From positions 15,912 to 79,911 of the forward strand of contig CACHLP010000001.1 in assembly GCA_902580665.1 (NCBI GenBank): a stretch of DNA of 64,000 nucleotides. The letters run 5' to 3'. Positions 48,193 through 57,621 of this stretch are shown piece by piece. Position numbers and translations under genes: made by a program. The DNA is from an uncultured Pelagibacteraceae bacterium. Its GTDB lineage: Bacteria; Pseudomonadota; Alphaproteobacteria; Pelagibacterales; AG-422-B15. Within the stretch, counting starts at the first letter, position 1; every line of letters begins with the position of its first letter. The notes beneath the pieces are model-generated. The model did not search any database and was not told where the DNA came from. It saw only the letters and a program-made list of their open reading frames with translations.

Positions 48193-49041
48193 TTGAAAGT
48201 GAGGCTTTCAAGAAACTTAAGGGTTCAAAAAATACTAAGTCCAAGTAGCAGGGTTTTTATACTTGCGATTACACTCTTCATTATCTCATTAATTCTATTT
48301 TTCGGAAGATTTGAACTAACACAATCAGCAAAGAATTTAAGATCATATTTAACAAATATCTCATATTCTATTTCATATATTGTATCAACTCCTTCAAATT
48401 TAATAAATTCAGGTATACAATCTGTTAGAGATCTAAAAGAAATTTACCATCAACTTAATGAGTATAATAGAAATAAGTTAATTGACTCTCTGTCTTTCCA
48501 AGAAATAATTTCAATGAAACTAAAAATTGCTCAATACGAGGATTTATTGAACCTAGCAGCTGATCAAGAATATGATTTCATTACTTCAAGAATTGTCGCA
48601 GATTTTTCAAATAAATTAATAGGGAGCATCTTGATAAAATCTAATGAAACTAAAAAAATATTTGTTGATATGCCAGCTGCAGGTCCCAATGGAATTTTGG
48701 GAAGAGTATCGTCCCTCGACAATAACATTGCAAGAGTACTTTTGCTGAATAATATTAATAGTAGATTACCTGTAAGTATTTCTGAAGATGCACATCAGGG
48801 AATAATGATAGGACAGGGACAGAATAATCCAATTATTAAGTATCTTAAGAAATACAAAAAAATAAAAGTTGGAGATCTAGTTACAACTTCAGGAAAAGGA
48901 GGAATTTTTCCGCCTTATTTAGTTGTGGGGCAAGTTGCAAGAACCGAGGGTGAAAGAATTGAGGTGGAATTAATTGAGGATGTTAGTCAACTAACACATT
49001 TAATGCTATTAAATTATAAATTTAAACAGGATAACGAATAA
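48193..49041 (+). CDS. mreC: rod shape-determining protein MreC
   Basis: TM helix, coiled-coil and beta-rich C-terminus (GDLVTTSGKGGIFPPYLVVG). Follows mreB. Confidence 0.85.
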   Translation: MKVRLSRNLRVQKILSPSSRVFILAITLFIISLILFFGRFELTQSAKNLRSYLTNISYSISYIVSTPSNLINSGIQSVRDLKEIYHQLNEYNRNKLIDSLSFQEIISMKLKIAQYEDLLNLAADQEYDFITSRIVADFSNKLIGSILIKSNETKKIFVDMPAAGPNGILGRVSSLDNNIARVLLLNNINSRLPVSISEDAHQGIMIGQGQNNPIIKYLKKYKKIKVGDLVTTSGKGGIFPPYLVVGQVARTEGERIEVELIEDVSQLTHLMLLNYKFKQDNE

Positions 49042-49050
49042 CAAAATTTC

Positions 49051-49536
49051 ATGATTGATTTTAAAATAAGTAATTTAATTTTTTATTTTATTTTATTTTT
49101 TATTGTATCTTCAAATATTGTGTTCAATTCAATTTATTTTGACCTTACATTGATTAGTGGCTTGATAATATATGTTTTAAGGTGGAGTCATACGAATTGG
49201 ATTATTTGCATCATATTATTTTTATTTGGAGTCTATAATGATATTTTAGTCTCCACTCCTTTTGGTTATACGAGCTCGTTATTTCTTTGTTTTTATTTGA
49301 TAGACAGAATTAGAAGTTTTTTAAGTGTACCGTCAAACACAAATATCAAATTTATAATATTTTCATTACTGATGATAATTTTGTCTTCCATGAATTATTT
49401 TACTATCTACTTTATTTATAATATTCCAATTCCATTTTTTATAAATATTATGCCATATTTAGTAGTCGTATTATTATATTACCCATTAGATTTTATAATT
49501 TCATATATTCAAACCAAATATGTCAGAATCAAATAA
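49051..49536 (+). CDS. mreD: rod shape-determining protein MreD
   Basis: 161-aa polytopic membrane protein in the canonical mreC-mreD-mrdA position. Confidence 0.7.
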   Translation: MIDFKISNLIFYFILFFIVSSNIVFNSIYFDLTLISGLIIYVLRWSHTNWIICIILFLFGVYNDILVSTPFGYTSSLFLCFYLIDRIRSFLSVPSNTNIKFIIFSLLMIILSSMNYFTIYFIYNIPIPFFINIMPYLVVVLLYYPLDFIISYIQTKYVRIK

Positions 49537-51391
49537 ATTTATTTTTAAGAAGTATGATCTTGATGCCTCAATCAATAGACGTACTGCATTTATAACGATT
49601 GCAAAAGCAGGATTATTTACAATATTAGTTTCCAGGCTAGCTTATTTGCAGATTGTAGATAAAGATAAATATAAAATACTATCAGACAATAATAGAATTA
49701 CTCATCGATTATTAGAACCTCAAAGGGGTATTATCTATGACCTACAAGGCAAGCCATTAGCTATCAATCGTGAACGATATGAAGTTGTAATCATTAGAGA
49801 GGAAACTTCAGATTACATTAAATCAATTGAAAACTTAAAAAACATACTGCCAGATGTTAAAATAGATACTGAAAAACTATATTCAGAAATAAAAAAAACA
49901 AAAAAATTTATACCTATTAAAGTATTCGATGATTTATCTTGGGATCAATTTTCTATGCTCAACGCCAATATTCATAAAGTAGATGGACTTTATCCTCAAA
50001 TTGGTTTTAAGAGATATTATACGGGTGGACCATCACATTCTCATATTATTGGTTATACGGCTCCTCTTAATAAAAAAGAAAAAAATACTAACTCACTAGC
50101 TGAATTAAGCTCAGCAAAATCTGGAAAACTCGGCATTGAAAAGTCTAAGGACCCTTATTTAAGAGGTAAATTAGGAAATAAAAATATTGAAGTCAATGCG
50201 AACGGAAGAGAAATAAGAGAATTAGATAGATATGAAAGCACTCGAGGTAAAAATATTCAACTTACAATTGACTCTGAACTTCAAGATTATTGCTACAAAA
50301 GTCTAAATGACCAAAGTGGGTGCGTGGCAGTCACAAATATTAAAACTGGAGAATTTCATGCATTAGTTTCATCTCCATCTTATGATCCAAATTTATTTTC
50401 TAACAATATATCAACAGCAGAATGGAATTCTCTTACTGATAGTATATACAAACCCCTTATAAACAAATCAATTTCAAGTCAATATCCTCCTGGTTCAACA
50501 ATCAAACCTTTTGTCGCACTAGCAGCATTAGAAAATGGAATCACGGAAAAAAGGGAAGTTTACTGTAATGGGAAACATGAAATAAAAGATACAAGTCTTG
50601 AGTCAGGAGTTAAGACTTTTCACTGTTGGAAAGAGGAAGGTCACGGCAATGTCAACATGAATGAGGCCCTTAAAGTCTCATGTGATGTATATTTTTATCA
50701 AATATCAAGAGAAATTGGCATTAACAAAATTGCTGAGGTCTGCAAAAGGTTTGGGTTTGGTCAAAATGTCTTTAACTCATTTTATGAGGAAAAAAAGGGA
50801 GTTGTTCCTTCAAAGAATTGGAAGTTAGAGTCTATTGGCACACCTTGGATGGTTGGAGAAACTCTTTCAGCAGGAATTGGGCAGGGGTATTTTCTTACAA
50901 CATCAGCACAATTAAGTCTTGCTTTAGGTCAATTAATTAATGGTGGAGAGAAAATAAATCCAACAATTGTATTGAATAAAAAAAAAGACACTTTGATAAA
51001 GCAAAAAATATTTTTAAATCCTAAACACTTATCTATCATTAAGAAGGGTCTTGAGGATGCAACTAATACACAAGGTGGAACATCATATAGATCACGTTTA
51101 TCAGGAAATCTAAAGATGGCTGGTAAAACTGGTACTTCTCAAGTTAGAGTTATTAGTTCGCAAGAAAGAGAAGAGGGCTTAAAAAAGAATAATGAATTAC
51201 CTTGGGACCAACGTGATCATGGTTTATTTATAGGATATGGACCAATAAACAATCCTCAATATACGGTGTCAGTAATAATAGAACACGGAGGGAGTGGATC
51301 CGGATCAGCGGCACCTATTGCTTCGAAAATATTTAAATATTTATTTGAAAACAAATTAAATTTAAAAAGTAAGGGCATTTCCAATGTTTAG
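49520..51391 (+). CDS. mrdA: peptidoglycan D,D-transpeptidase MrdA (PBP2)
   Basis: PBP2 architecture with STIKP (SxxK), SCD (SxD) and KTGTSQV motifs. Confidence 0.92.
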   Translation: MSESNKFIFKKYDLDASINRRTAFITIAKAGLFTILVSRLAYLQIVDKDKYKILSDNNRITHRLLEPQRGIIYDLQGKPLAINRERYEVVIIREETSDYIKSIENLKNILPDVKIDTEKLYSEIKKTKKFIPIKVFDDLSWDQFSMLNANIHKVDGLYPQIGFKRYYTGGPSHSHIIGYTAPLNKKEKNTNSLAELSSAKSGKLGIEKSKDPYLRGKLGNKNIEVNANGREIRELDRYESTRGKNIQLTIDSELQDYCYKSLNDQSGCVAVTNIKTGEFHALVSSPSYDPNLFSNNISTAEWNSLTDSIYKPLINKSISSQYPPGSTIKPFVALAALENGITEKREVYCNGKHEIKDTSLESGVKTFHCWKEEGHGNVNMNEALKVSCDVYFYQISREIGINKIAEVCKRFGFGQNVFNSFYEEKKGVVPSKNWKLESIGTPWMVGETLSAGIGQGYFLTTSAQLSLALGQLINGGEKINPTIVLNKKKDTLIKQKIFLNPKHLSIIKKGLEDATNTQGGTSYRSRLSGNLKMAGKTGTSQVRVISSQEREEGLKKNNELPWDQRDHGLFIGYGPINNPQYTVSVIIEHGGSGSGSAAPIASKIFKYLFENKLNLKSKGISNV

Positions 51392-52517
51392 CAGCAGTAA
51401 TGCTGAAGCAACAATCTTTGATAAACTTAAATCTATAAATTATTTTTTACTATTTCTTATATGTACTCTATTTTTTATTGGTATTCTAGCATTATATAGT
51501 ATTTCTAATGGCGATTTTAGTGAATGGCCTATAAGGCATTTGCAAAGATTCATCTTGGGCCTAATTATTTTTTTTAGTGTAGCATTGCTTGATTTAAAAA
51601 TAATTTTTAGATTTGCATATCTAATTTTTATTATCAGTATTGTCACCTTAATGATTCTGCCGCTAGTCGGCGATGAAATTAATGGTGCTAAAAGATGGAT
51701 AATTTTAGCAGGATTTAGTTTACAGCCATCAGAATTTGTTAAATATACATTAATCTTAGCTTTAGCTAAATATTTTCATTCTATGGAAGATTATCATGAC
51801 AATCTTGTTTCTAAATTAATCATACCTAGTTTTATTGTATTAATACCAGTTGTATTTGTTGTAATTCAGCCTGATTTGGGAACTGCCTTTGTGATCTTTC
51901 TAGGTGGAGTGAGTGTTATTTGGATCTCAGGCCTTAATTATAAATATTTTATATCAGGGATTTTAGGCTTTATTCTATCCTTACCAATCTTGTGGCAGTA
52001 TTTAAAGGGATATCAAAAAGAGAGAGTTTTCACTTTTTTTAATCCAGAGAGAGATCCCCTAGGAAATGGCTATCACATAACTCAATCTAAGATTGCTTTA
52101 GGCTCAGGAGGGATTTTTGGTAAAGGATATATGGAAGGCACCCAAAGTCATTTAAATTTCCTTCCAGAGATGCAAACAGACTTTATTTTCACAATGTTTG
52201 GAGAAGAGTTTGGATTTATTGGCTCTATAGTTTTAATTTTATTATACATGGCATTAATTGGTATTTCTATTAGAATGGCGCTGACGTCTAAAAGTTTATT
52301 TAGTAAATTCTTATCTTTAGGAGTTTGCTCTGTATTCTTTATCTATGTATTTGTAAATATTGGAATGGTTACAGGCATTTTACCTGTAGTTGGAGTACCC
52401 TTGCCATTCATATCCTATGGAGGAAGCTCCATGTTAGCTGTAATGTTTGGATTTGGGCTGCTAACGAATTGTTATATTAATTATAATACAACTTTAACGA
52501 AGAGCAGTTTTATATAA
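51384..52517 (+). CDS. rodA: SEDS-family peptidoglycan polymerase RodA
   Basis: PEMQTDFIFTMFGEEFG; LPVVGVPLPFISYGGSS. Follows mrdA. Confidence 0.92.
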   Translation: MFSSSNAEATIFDKLKSINYFLLFLICTLFFIGILALYSISNGDFSEWPIRHLQRFILGLIIFFSVALLDLKIIFRFAYLIFIISIVTLMILPLVGDEINGAKRWIILAGFSLQPSEFVKYTLILALAKYFHSMEDYHDNLVSKLIIPSFIVLIPVVFVVIQPDLGTAFVIFLGGVSVIWISGLNYKYFISGILGFILSLPILWQYLKGYQKERVFTFFNPERDPLGNGYHITQSKIALGSGGIFGKGYMEGTQSHLNFLPEMQTDFIFTMFGEEFGFIGSIVLILLYMALIGISIRMALTSKSLFSKFLSLGVCSVFFIYVFVNIGMVTGILPVVGVPLPFISYGGSSMLAVMFGFGLLTNCYINYNTTLTKSSFI

Positions 52518-52520
52518 GAG

Positions 52521-53627
52521 TCATTGTTTGGGAAAGTAATCTTCTTTTTGACCCTCACGATATACATCTGTAGTTGCACAGTGAAGTGCGCCGCCAAACG
52601 GATAAGCATCTCTGAAAGGAACAGGAATAACTTCAAAACCTAAGTTACTAATTTGTTCGCATTGATAAACCTCACTTTCTTCAACACATACAGTTTTTGG
52701 ATCTATGACCAAAACATTCATACTTAACCAAATACTTGAATAACATAAAGGAGGTGGTTCATTATGAGCTGGCTGAGCAGCATCAATTATTTGCCAATCA
52801 TTACGCTCAAATATTTTTCTCTGATCGCCAGGTAATCGCCTTGTTGGGTTATTTATTATAAGGCCTGGTTTTAAAGGAGTGAATGTTGCATCTATGTGAA
52901 TAGGATAGGGGTCGCCAGGAAAGTTCAATGTATGAACTCTATGGTCTTTAAAGTGTCTCTGGAGCCAATTGCTTCCTTTTAAATTAGTTGTAAAACCATG
53001 CTGTACAAACAAATCTTTTCCCATTCTTAAAATATCTGCGGCATCAAATAATATTTCTTTTTCAGTTGTTACAAATTCCCTTTTTGCAACCATATTTAAA
53101 CGTTCGTCTTTTGATATTTCATCATTTAAATAATTTTCTCGATAACTACTATCAGTTAGTCGTGGTTTGGGTGCAGTTTCCATTCTCATGTCTGGATCTT
53201 CATTATAATATTTCTCTAATAATGGCCTGTAACAAAGATACTCAAACCACCTAGACCTATAGGACATTGTGGCTTCAAGCATTTCATTCCCAAGAGTAAG
53301 AATTACATCTCGAGGAGGCATGCAGCCAAACATTGATCCATTTTCCCAGTCGGGCGTCGATATTTTTTTATTAAAGTCAAGTGGTGTGGGTCGGTCAACT
53401 TTAACACCTCTTTTTTCTAAAATATTTGAAAAATTATCTAATTGTTGATTTGCCTTATTTATAGATTCTATACTTCGGGGACCATGTATTCCCTTCATAT
53501 CACTATCTTTAGGTATTTTGGGGTCAGTAGCAGGCTCAGCGGGTGGTATGCAGCAATTATCTGCTTTTCCAACTATTATATGTTTGAGCGGATCCCACTC
53601 GTTCCAGGAATTTACAATTTTAACCAT
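52521..53627 (-). CDS. amidinotransferase, L-arginine:glycine amidinotransferase (AGAT/GATM)-like
   Basis: Collinear with vertebrate AGAT over the full length: NSWNEWDPLKHIIVGKADNCCIPP, MPPRDVILTLGNEMLEATMSYRSRWFEY, TAPKP. Triad contexts are FDAADI (Asp), IHIDATF (His) and GGALHCATTD (Cys). Confidence 0.8.
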   Translation of the reverse strand: MVKIVNSWNEWDPLKHIIVGKADNCCIPPAEPATDPKIPKDSDMKGIHGPRSIESINKANQQLDNFSNILEKRGVKVDRPTPLDFNKKISTPDWENGSMFGCMPPRDVILTLGNEMLEATMSYRSRWFEYLCYRPLLEKYYNEDPDMRMETAPKPRLTDSSYRENYLNDEISKDERLNMVAKREFVTTEKEILFDAADILRMGKDLFVQHGFTTNLKGSNWLQRHFKDHRVHTLNFPGDPYPIHIDATFTPLKPGLIINNPTRRLPGDQRKIFERNDWQIIDAAQPAHNEPPPLCYSSIWLSMNVLVIDPKTVCVEESEVYQCEQISNLGFEVIPVPFRDAYPFGGALHCATTDVYREGQKEDYFPKQ

Positions 53628-53677
53628 AGGTTTCTAACAGTTAATATTGAAGAATATTGCCTTGAATTCAAACTAAA

Positions 53678-55243
53678 TTGAAAGTAAGAGTCAAGCAATT
53701 TTCATTAAACAAGGAGTGGGTCTTGCTAAGTAATAATGATAGTTATGACATAGTTATCGTTGGCTCAGGTCTATTAGGCCAGATTTGTGCATTGCTGTGT
53801 GGTAAATATAATTTAAGAACATTATTAATCTCAAAAAAATCTTTTAATGAAAATACAATAAAAGAGGTCTCATTTGATGACGAAACAGCAAGATTACTAG
53901 ACAGCATTCAGGTTTATTCAAAGATTAAGGATGTAATCAATACTCCCAAATATACTGATTTAGTGACTATAGAGTCTAATATTGTACAACGAAGCCCTGT
54001 CATTAAGGCAAATAATAACTTTCCTTCTTTAATAACGTTTATCCCAAATGATCTTGATGAAAAAATGCTTGAAAGTTGCAGTGAAAATTCGAATATAAAT
54101 GTAATAGATAATTTTATCATTTCTGATTTTGATAGTGATACAAATTCTTATTCTCTTAAAAATGGCAACAGTATAATTAAAGTTGAAGCACCTTTTTTGA
54201 TTTGCTCAGATGAAAGCGATGAATTTATAAATAAGAAAGTAAATATTAATTTTGATGATCTTGGCTATGCGAGAGAGTGGCTATTAGTGGATATTTCCCT
54301 TAAAAGTGGAAAGGATCTAGAAAATGTTTATAGACAGATATGTGATCCGGTCAGACCAACATCATATATTGCACTTTCTGAGACACGCTACCGATTTCAA
54401 TTCCAGCTATTAACAGGAGAAAAAAAAGAGGATATGTGTTCAATAAGTAAGGTACATGATTTGATTTCAAATTGGCTAGCTCCTAATCAATATAATATTG
54501 AATATTTAACTACTTTTGAGTTTAAGGGAAGATGTGCAAGCAATTTCCAAACAGAAAATATTTTTCTTATCGGCAAGGCTGCATATCAAATTCCACCATA
54601 TGCAGCACAAAGTTTAAATAGTGGAATTAGAGATATAGCAAACCTTATTTGGAAAATAAACTTAATAAAAAATTATAAAGGTAAAAATGAGATTATTTAT
54701 TCTTATAATATTGAGCGAAATACAAAAATTAGGCAAACGATTAAGTCCTCTATTGTTCTTGGACAGTTAATTGACTCTATTTCTGTTGCACTTCAAAATA
54801 ATACGCCTCTTGAAGAAGCTATAGCGCCTGAGGCAAGAGAGCAGGCATTTGGTAAGAGGAGTAAGCTAAGTGATGATGTTAATGAACCAGGTATTTATAA
54901 TTCTATAACTCACGATATCTATTCAGGTCAACGTTTAGCAAAAAATATTAAAGGTAAAAATAATACCCTTATAGATATTGACAAAAGTGTAGGGTTTAAT
55001 TTTGCGATAATTTCTAGAACCAACATATTTGATCACCTTGAGAGTGAGACTGTAAGCAAATTAAAAGAACTTAATTGTAAATTTCTATCTAATATTCAAG
55101 AAATTGAATTAGACCCAAATCTTACAGAAGTTTTGACAATGGGAGATATTATAGTAAGGCCAGATATGAAAATATTTGGAGTATCCTCGAAGAAATTAAC
55201 AACAGAACAAATTTGCAAAGATTTATTGTATCAGGTAACTTAG
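53678..55243 (+). CDS. FAD-dependent monooxygenase-like protein (PheA/TfdB/MhpA-type architecture, divergent motifs)
   Basis: Rossmann YDIVIVGSGLLGQ. The second FAD motif is degenerate (GKAAYQIPPYAAQSLNSGIRDIANLIWKI). An alternative start is TTG 53723, 6 nt after AAGGAG (53711-53716). Confidence 0.6.
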   Translation: MKVRVKQFSLNKEWVLLSNNDSYDIVIVGSGLLGQICALLCGKYNLRTLLISKKSFNENTIKEVSFDDETARLLDSIQVYSKIKDVINTPKYTDLVTIESNIVQRSPVIKANNNFPSLITFIPNDLDEKMLESCSENSNINVIDNFIISDFDSDTNSYSLKNGNSIIKVEAPFLICSDESDEFINKKVNINFDDLGYAREWLLVDISLKSGKDLENVYRQICDPVRPTSYIALSETRYRFQFQLLTGEKKEDMCSISKVHDLISNWLAPNQYNIEYLTTFEFKGRCASNFQTENIFLIGKAAYQIPPYAAQSLNSGIRDIANLIWKINLIKNYKGKNEIIYSYNIERNTKIRQTIKSSIVLGQLIDSISVALQNNTPLEEAIAPEAREQAFGKRSKLSDDVNEPGIYNSITHDIYSGQRLAKNIKGKNNTLIDIDKSVGFNFAIISRTNIFDHLESETVSKLKELNCKFLSNIQEIELDPNLTEVLTMGDIIVRPDMKIFGVSSKKLTTEQICKDLLYQVT

Positions 55244-55427
55244 AATCAAATTTCTAAAATATGTGTTAAATTGAGTGGTAAAAATATCACAATTTTTTAT
55301 TACTACTAAATAATCTATTAAAATCAATATCTTAAAGATTACAAGAAACTTGTTTACCTACATTTTGAAGTTAAAGTCCATATAAATACTATATGTAGTA
55401 TTTAATAACATAATATAAGGGGGAGTT

Positions 55428-55643
55428 ATGATTAGAAATGCACAAAACGCAATAAAAGCACTAACAAGCCTTGGGCTTTCGCTATTGGCACTGGGAATAG
55501 TGATAGGTCTATTGAGTGGAGGTAGTCTGCCATTTGTAGGTAATATTGCTAGTAATATAGTTTCTCTTGTAAGCCAATTAGGGAATGCAGGTGTAGTCGG
55601 ATTGATTGCAGTCGGTGTTATTCTTTGGTTGTTTCGAGACTAA
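55428..55643 (+). CDS. hypothetical small membrane protein (71 aa), paralogue 1
   Basis: RBS AAGGGGGAG. Two hydrophobic helices flank the conserved PFVG and LGNAGVVG. Paralogous to 55694..55921. Confidence 0.6.
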   Translation: MIRNAQNAIKALTSLGLSLLALGIVIGLLSGGSLPFVGNIASNIVSLVSQLGNAGVVGLIAVGVILWLFRD

Positions 55644-55649
55644 TTTAAT

Positions 55650-55681
55650 TTTCACTTCCTTGCTTTAGCAGGGAAGTGAAA
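55650..55681 (+). promoter_or_regulatory. 14-bp stem / TTTA tetraloop hairpin between the two paralogues
   Basis: 55650-55663 (tttcacttccttgc) pairs with 55668-55681 (gcagggaagtgaaa) with one G:U pair. No U-tract follows. Confidence 0.6.
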
Positions 55682-55693
55682 TTAAGGTAACTA

Positions 55694-55921
55694 ATGATAT
55701 CCAGAATTAAGCAAATATTGAGAGAAATCATAGACTTTGGTCTTCTGCTGATAGCTATAGCAATAATTTTGGAAGTTCTTTTTGGCCCCTCATCACCATT
55801 TTTAGGTAAAGGCATTACTGACAACCTTGTTGTATTATTTAATCGACTTGGCAGTGAAGGTGTTGTTGGCATCATATCGGTCGCAATAATAATTTATCTT
55901 TGGAACAGACTGCAGAAATAA
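55694..55921 (+). CDS. hypothetical small membrane protein (75 aa), paralogue 2
   Basis: Aligns along its length with 55428..55643 (MI...GL.L.A..I...L.G.S.PF.G...L...LG..GVVG.I.V.I). RBS AAGG at 55684-55687. Confidence 0.6.
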   Translation: MISRIKQILREIIDFGLLLIAIAIILEVLFGPSSPFLGKGITDNLVVLFNRLGSEGVVGIISVAIIIYLWNRLQK

Positions 55922-56006
55922 TATTGAAAAACTAACATTTTTCTTGCCCATTTCATTTTTTTATTAGAACCTAGCTATCTATTTATTACAAATTGGAGGT
56001 ATTTAA

Positions 56007-56840
56007 GTGAGAAATTTAAAATCAATAATATTAGGACTAATGATGTCAGCACTTTCAACTGTTGCGTTTGCTGATGGCCACTGGTCTACGATAAAAATAG
56101 GTACAGAAGGCGCTTATGAGCCATGGAACTTTACAGACTCTGATGGCAACTTAGTTGGTGCAGAGTTAGATCTTGCAAGAGACTTGTGTGCTCGCATGAA
56201 CGCTGAGTGTGAATTTGTACAGCAAGACTGGGACGGTATTATTCCTGCATTAGTGAATGGAAAGTATGATGTAATTATGGCTGGGATGTCTGTGACTGAA
56301 GAACGAAAAAAAACAATAAGCTTTTCCAAAGCTTACATGACCGAGCCAGCGAGATTTTTTTCATTAAATAGCTCGCCATTAAGTACATTCTCATCTGCAA
56401 AAAATTTAAATTTAGATGATGATGGAGATGCGACTGTTGGCACTATTAGCGCTCTTAATAATGCAATGAAAGGAATGAATGTGGGTGTTACAGTTGCAAC
56501 AATACACGAGGATTTTGCAAACAAATATCTTGATTCAAACTTAAAGGTTTATCCCACACAAGATGAAATGAACCTTGATCTAGCAGCTGGAAGAATTGAT
56601 GCAATGCTATGTGACGTTGGTACAGCTGAAGCTTTCATGGAAACAGCAGGAGGATCAGATGTAGTAACTTTCGGTCCAAATGTGTTTGGAGGCTTACTCG
56701 GGGAAGGTGTAGGAGCTGGAATCAGACAAGGTGATGCAGATTTAAAAGCAATGTTTGATAAAGCTATTGCTGATGCAGCTGCCGATGGAACTATTTCTAA
56801 AATTTCAATGCAATGGTTTGGAAAAGACTTGGCTCCATAA
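56007..56840 (+). CDS. ABC transporter periplasmic substrate-binding protein, family 3 (Lys/Arg/Orn/His/opine type)
   Basis: Signal peptide, then IKIGTEGAYEPWNF...GAELDLARDLCARMNAECEFVQQDWDGIIPALVNGKYDVIMAGMSVTEERKK, typical of LAO/HisJ/OccT-type binding proteins. GTG start with GGAGG RBS. Confidence 0.85.
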   Translation: MRNLKSIILGLMMSALSTVAFADGHWSTIKIGTEGAYEPWNFTDSDGNLVGAELDLARDLCARMNAECEFVQQDWDGIIPALVNGKYDVIMAGMSVTEERKKTISFSKAYMTEPARFFSLNSSPLSTFSSAKNLNLDDDGDATVGTISALNNAMKGMNVGVTVATIHEDFANKYLDSNLKVYPTQDEMNLDLAAGRIDAMLCDVGTAEAFMETAGGSDVVTFGPNVFGGLLGEGVGAGIRQGDADLKAMFDKAIADAAADGTISKISMQWFGKDLAP

Positions 56841-56864
56841 TTTTGTTAACAATAATATAAAAGG

Positions 56865-56897
56865 ACGGCTGTTTTCATAAAGCAGCCGTTTTTTTTT
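56865..56897 (+). terminator. rho-independent terminator between binding-protein and permease genes
   Basis: Stem ACGGCTG (56865-56871) / CAGCCGT (56883-56889), followed by a T-run to 56897. Confidence 0.8.
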
Positions 56898-56907
56898 ATT
56901 TAAATAT

Positions 56908-57621
56908 ATGTTTGATGTTTTTGCATTAGGTCCAACAGGATGGGGAGATGAAATGCTCATGGGTGCCGTAATGACGGTTCTTGTCAGCTCATCATCATTA
57001 TTACTTGGAATAACAATAGGTATAATATTTGCAGCATGTAAGTTATCTAATTTTTTTATTCTCAGAGCTATCGCAGAAGTTTATACGACAATTATTAGAG
57101 GCATACCTGAGCTTTTAGTAATCTATTTATTATTCTTCGGGGGTAGCAGTGCTGTTATGTATTTGGCTAAAATATTTGGATACATGGGTTATATTGAACT
57201 TAATGCCTTTACAATTGGTACTATTGCTGTTGGAGCAATATCAGGCGCATATTCAACAGAGGTTATAAGAGGTGCAGTCAACTCAGTGCCTAAAGGACAG
57301 TTTGAAGTTGGTAAAACTCTGGGTTTCAGCAGATATAGTTTATATGGAAAAATAATTTTTCCTCAAGTTGCACGTATCGCTTTGCCAGGCATTGGGAATG
57401 TCTGGCAAATCACATTAAAAGACACAGCTTTAATAAGTGTAACAGGTCTTGTAGAAATTATGAGACAGTCACGTATTGCTGCTGGCTCAACTCATGAACC
57501 ATTTATATTTTATACTGCAGCGATTATTTTGTACTTATTAATAACTCGTCTCTCAAATATTGTTTTCGATAGCGCTGAAAAGAAATATTCAAAAGGCTAT
57601 GTTTCTAGGGAAGCTATATGA
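56908..57621 (+). CDS. polar amino acid ABC transporter permease (HisQ/OccQ-like)
   Basis: Family-3 permease with the EAA-loop region TLGFSRYSLYGKIIFPQVARIALPGIGN. Confidence 0.85.
   Translation: MFDVFALGPTGWGDEMLMGAVMTVLVSSSSLLLGITIGIIFAACKLSNFFILRAIAEVYTTIIRGIPELLVIYLLFFGGSSAVMYLAKIFGYMGYIELNAFTIGTIAVGAISGAYSTEVIRGAVNSVPKGQFEVGKTLGFSRYSLYGKIIFPQVARIALPGIGNVWQITLKDTALISVTGLVEIMRQSRIAAGSTHEPFIFYTAAIILYLLITRLSNIVFDSAEKKYSKGYVSREAI

Noticed and set aside
53643-53671. AATATT-GAAG-AATATT and the 10-bp palindrome TTGAATTCAA in the amidinotransferase/flavoprotein divergent region
   Set aside because: Short AT-only palindromes are expected by chance at this base composition. There is no supporting phasing or repetition.
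55645-55875. 76-aa minus-strand ORF overlapping the second small membrane protein gene
   Set aside because: The plus-strand ORF has an RBS and a paralogue next door with the same conserved motifs. The antisense ORF has neither.
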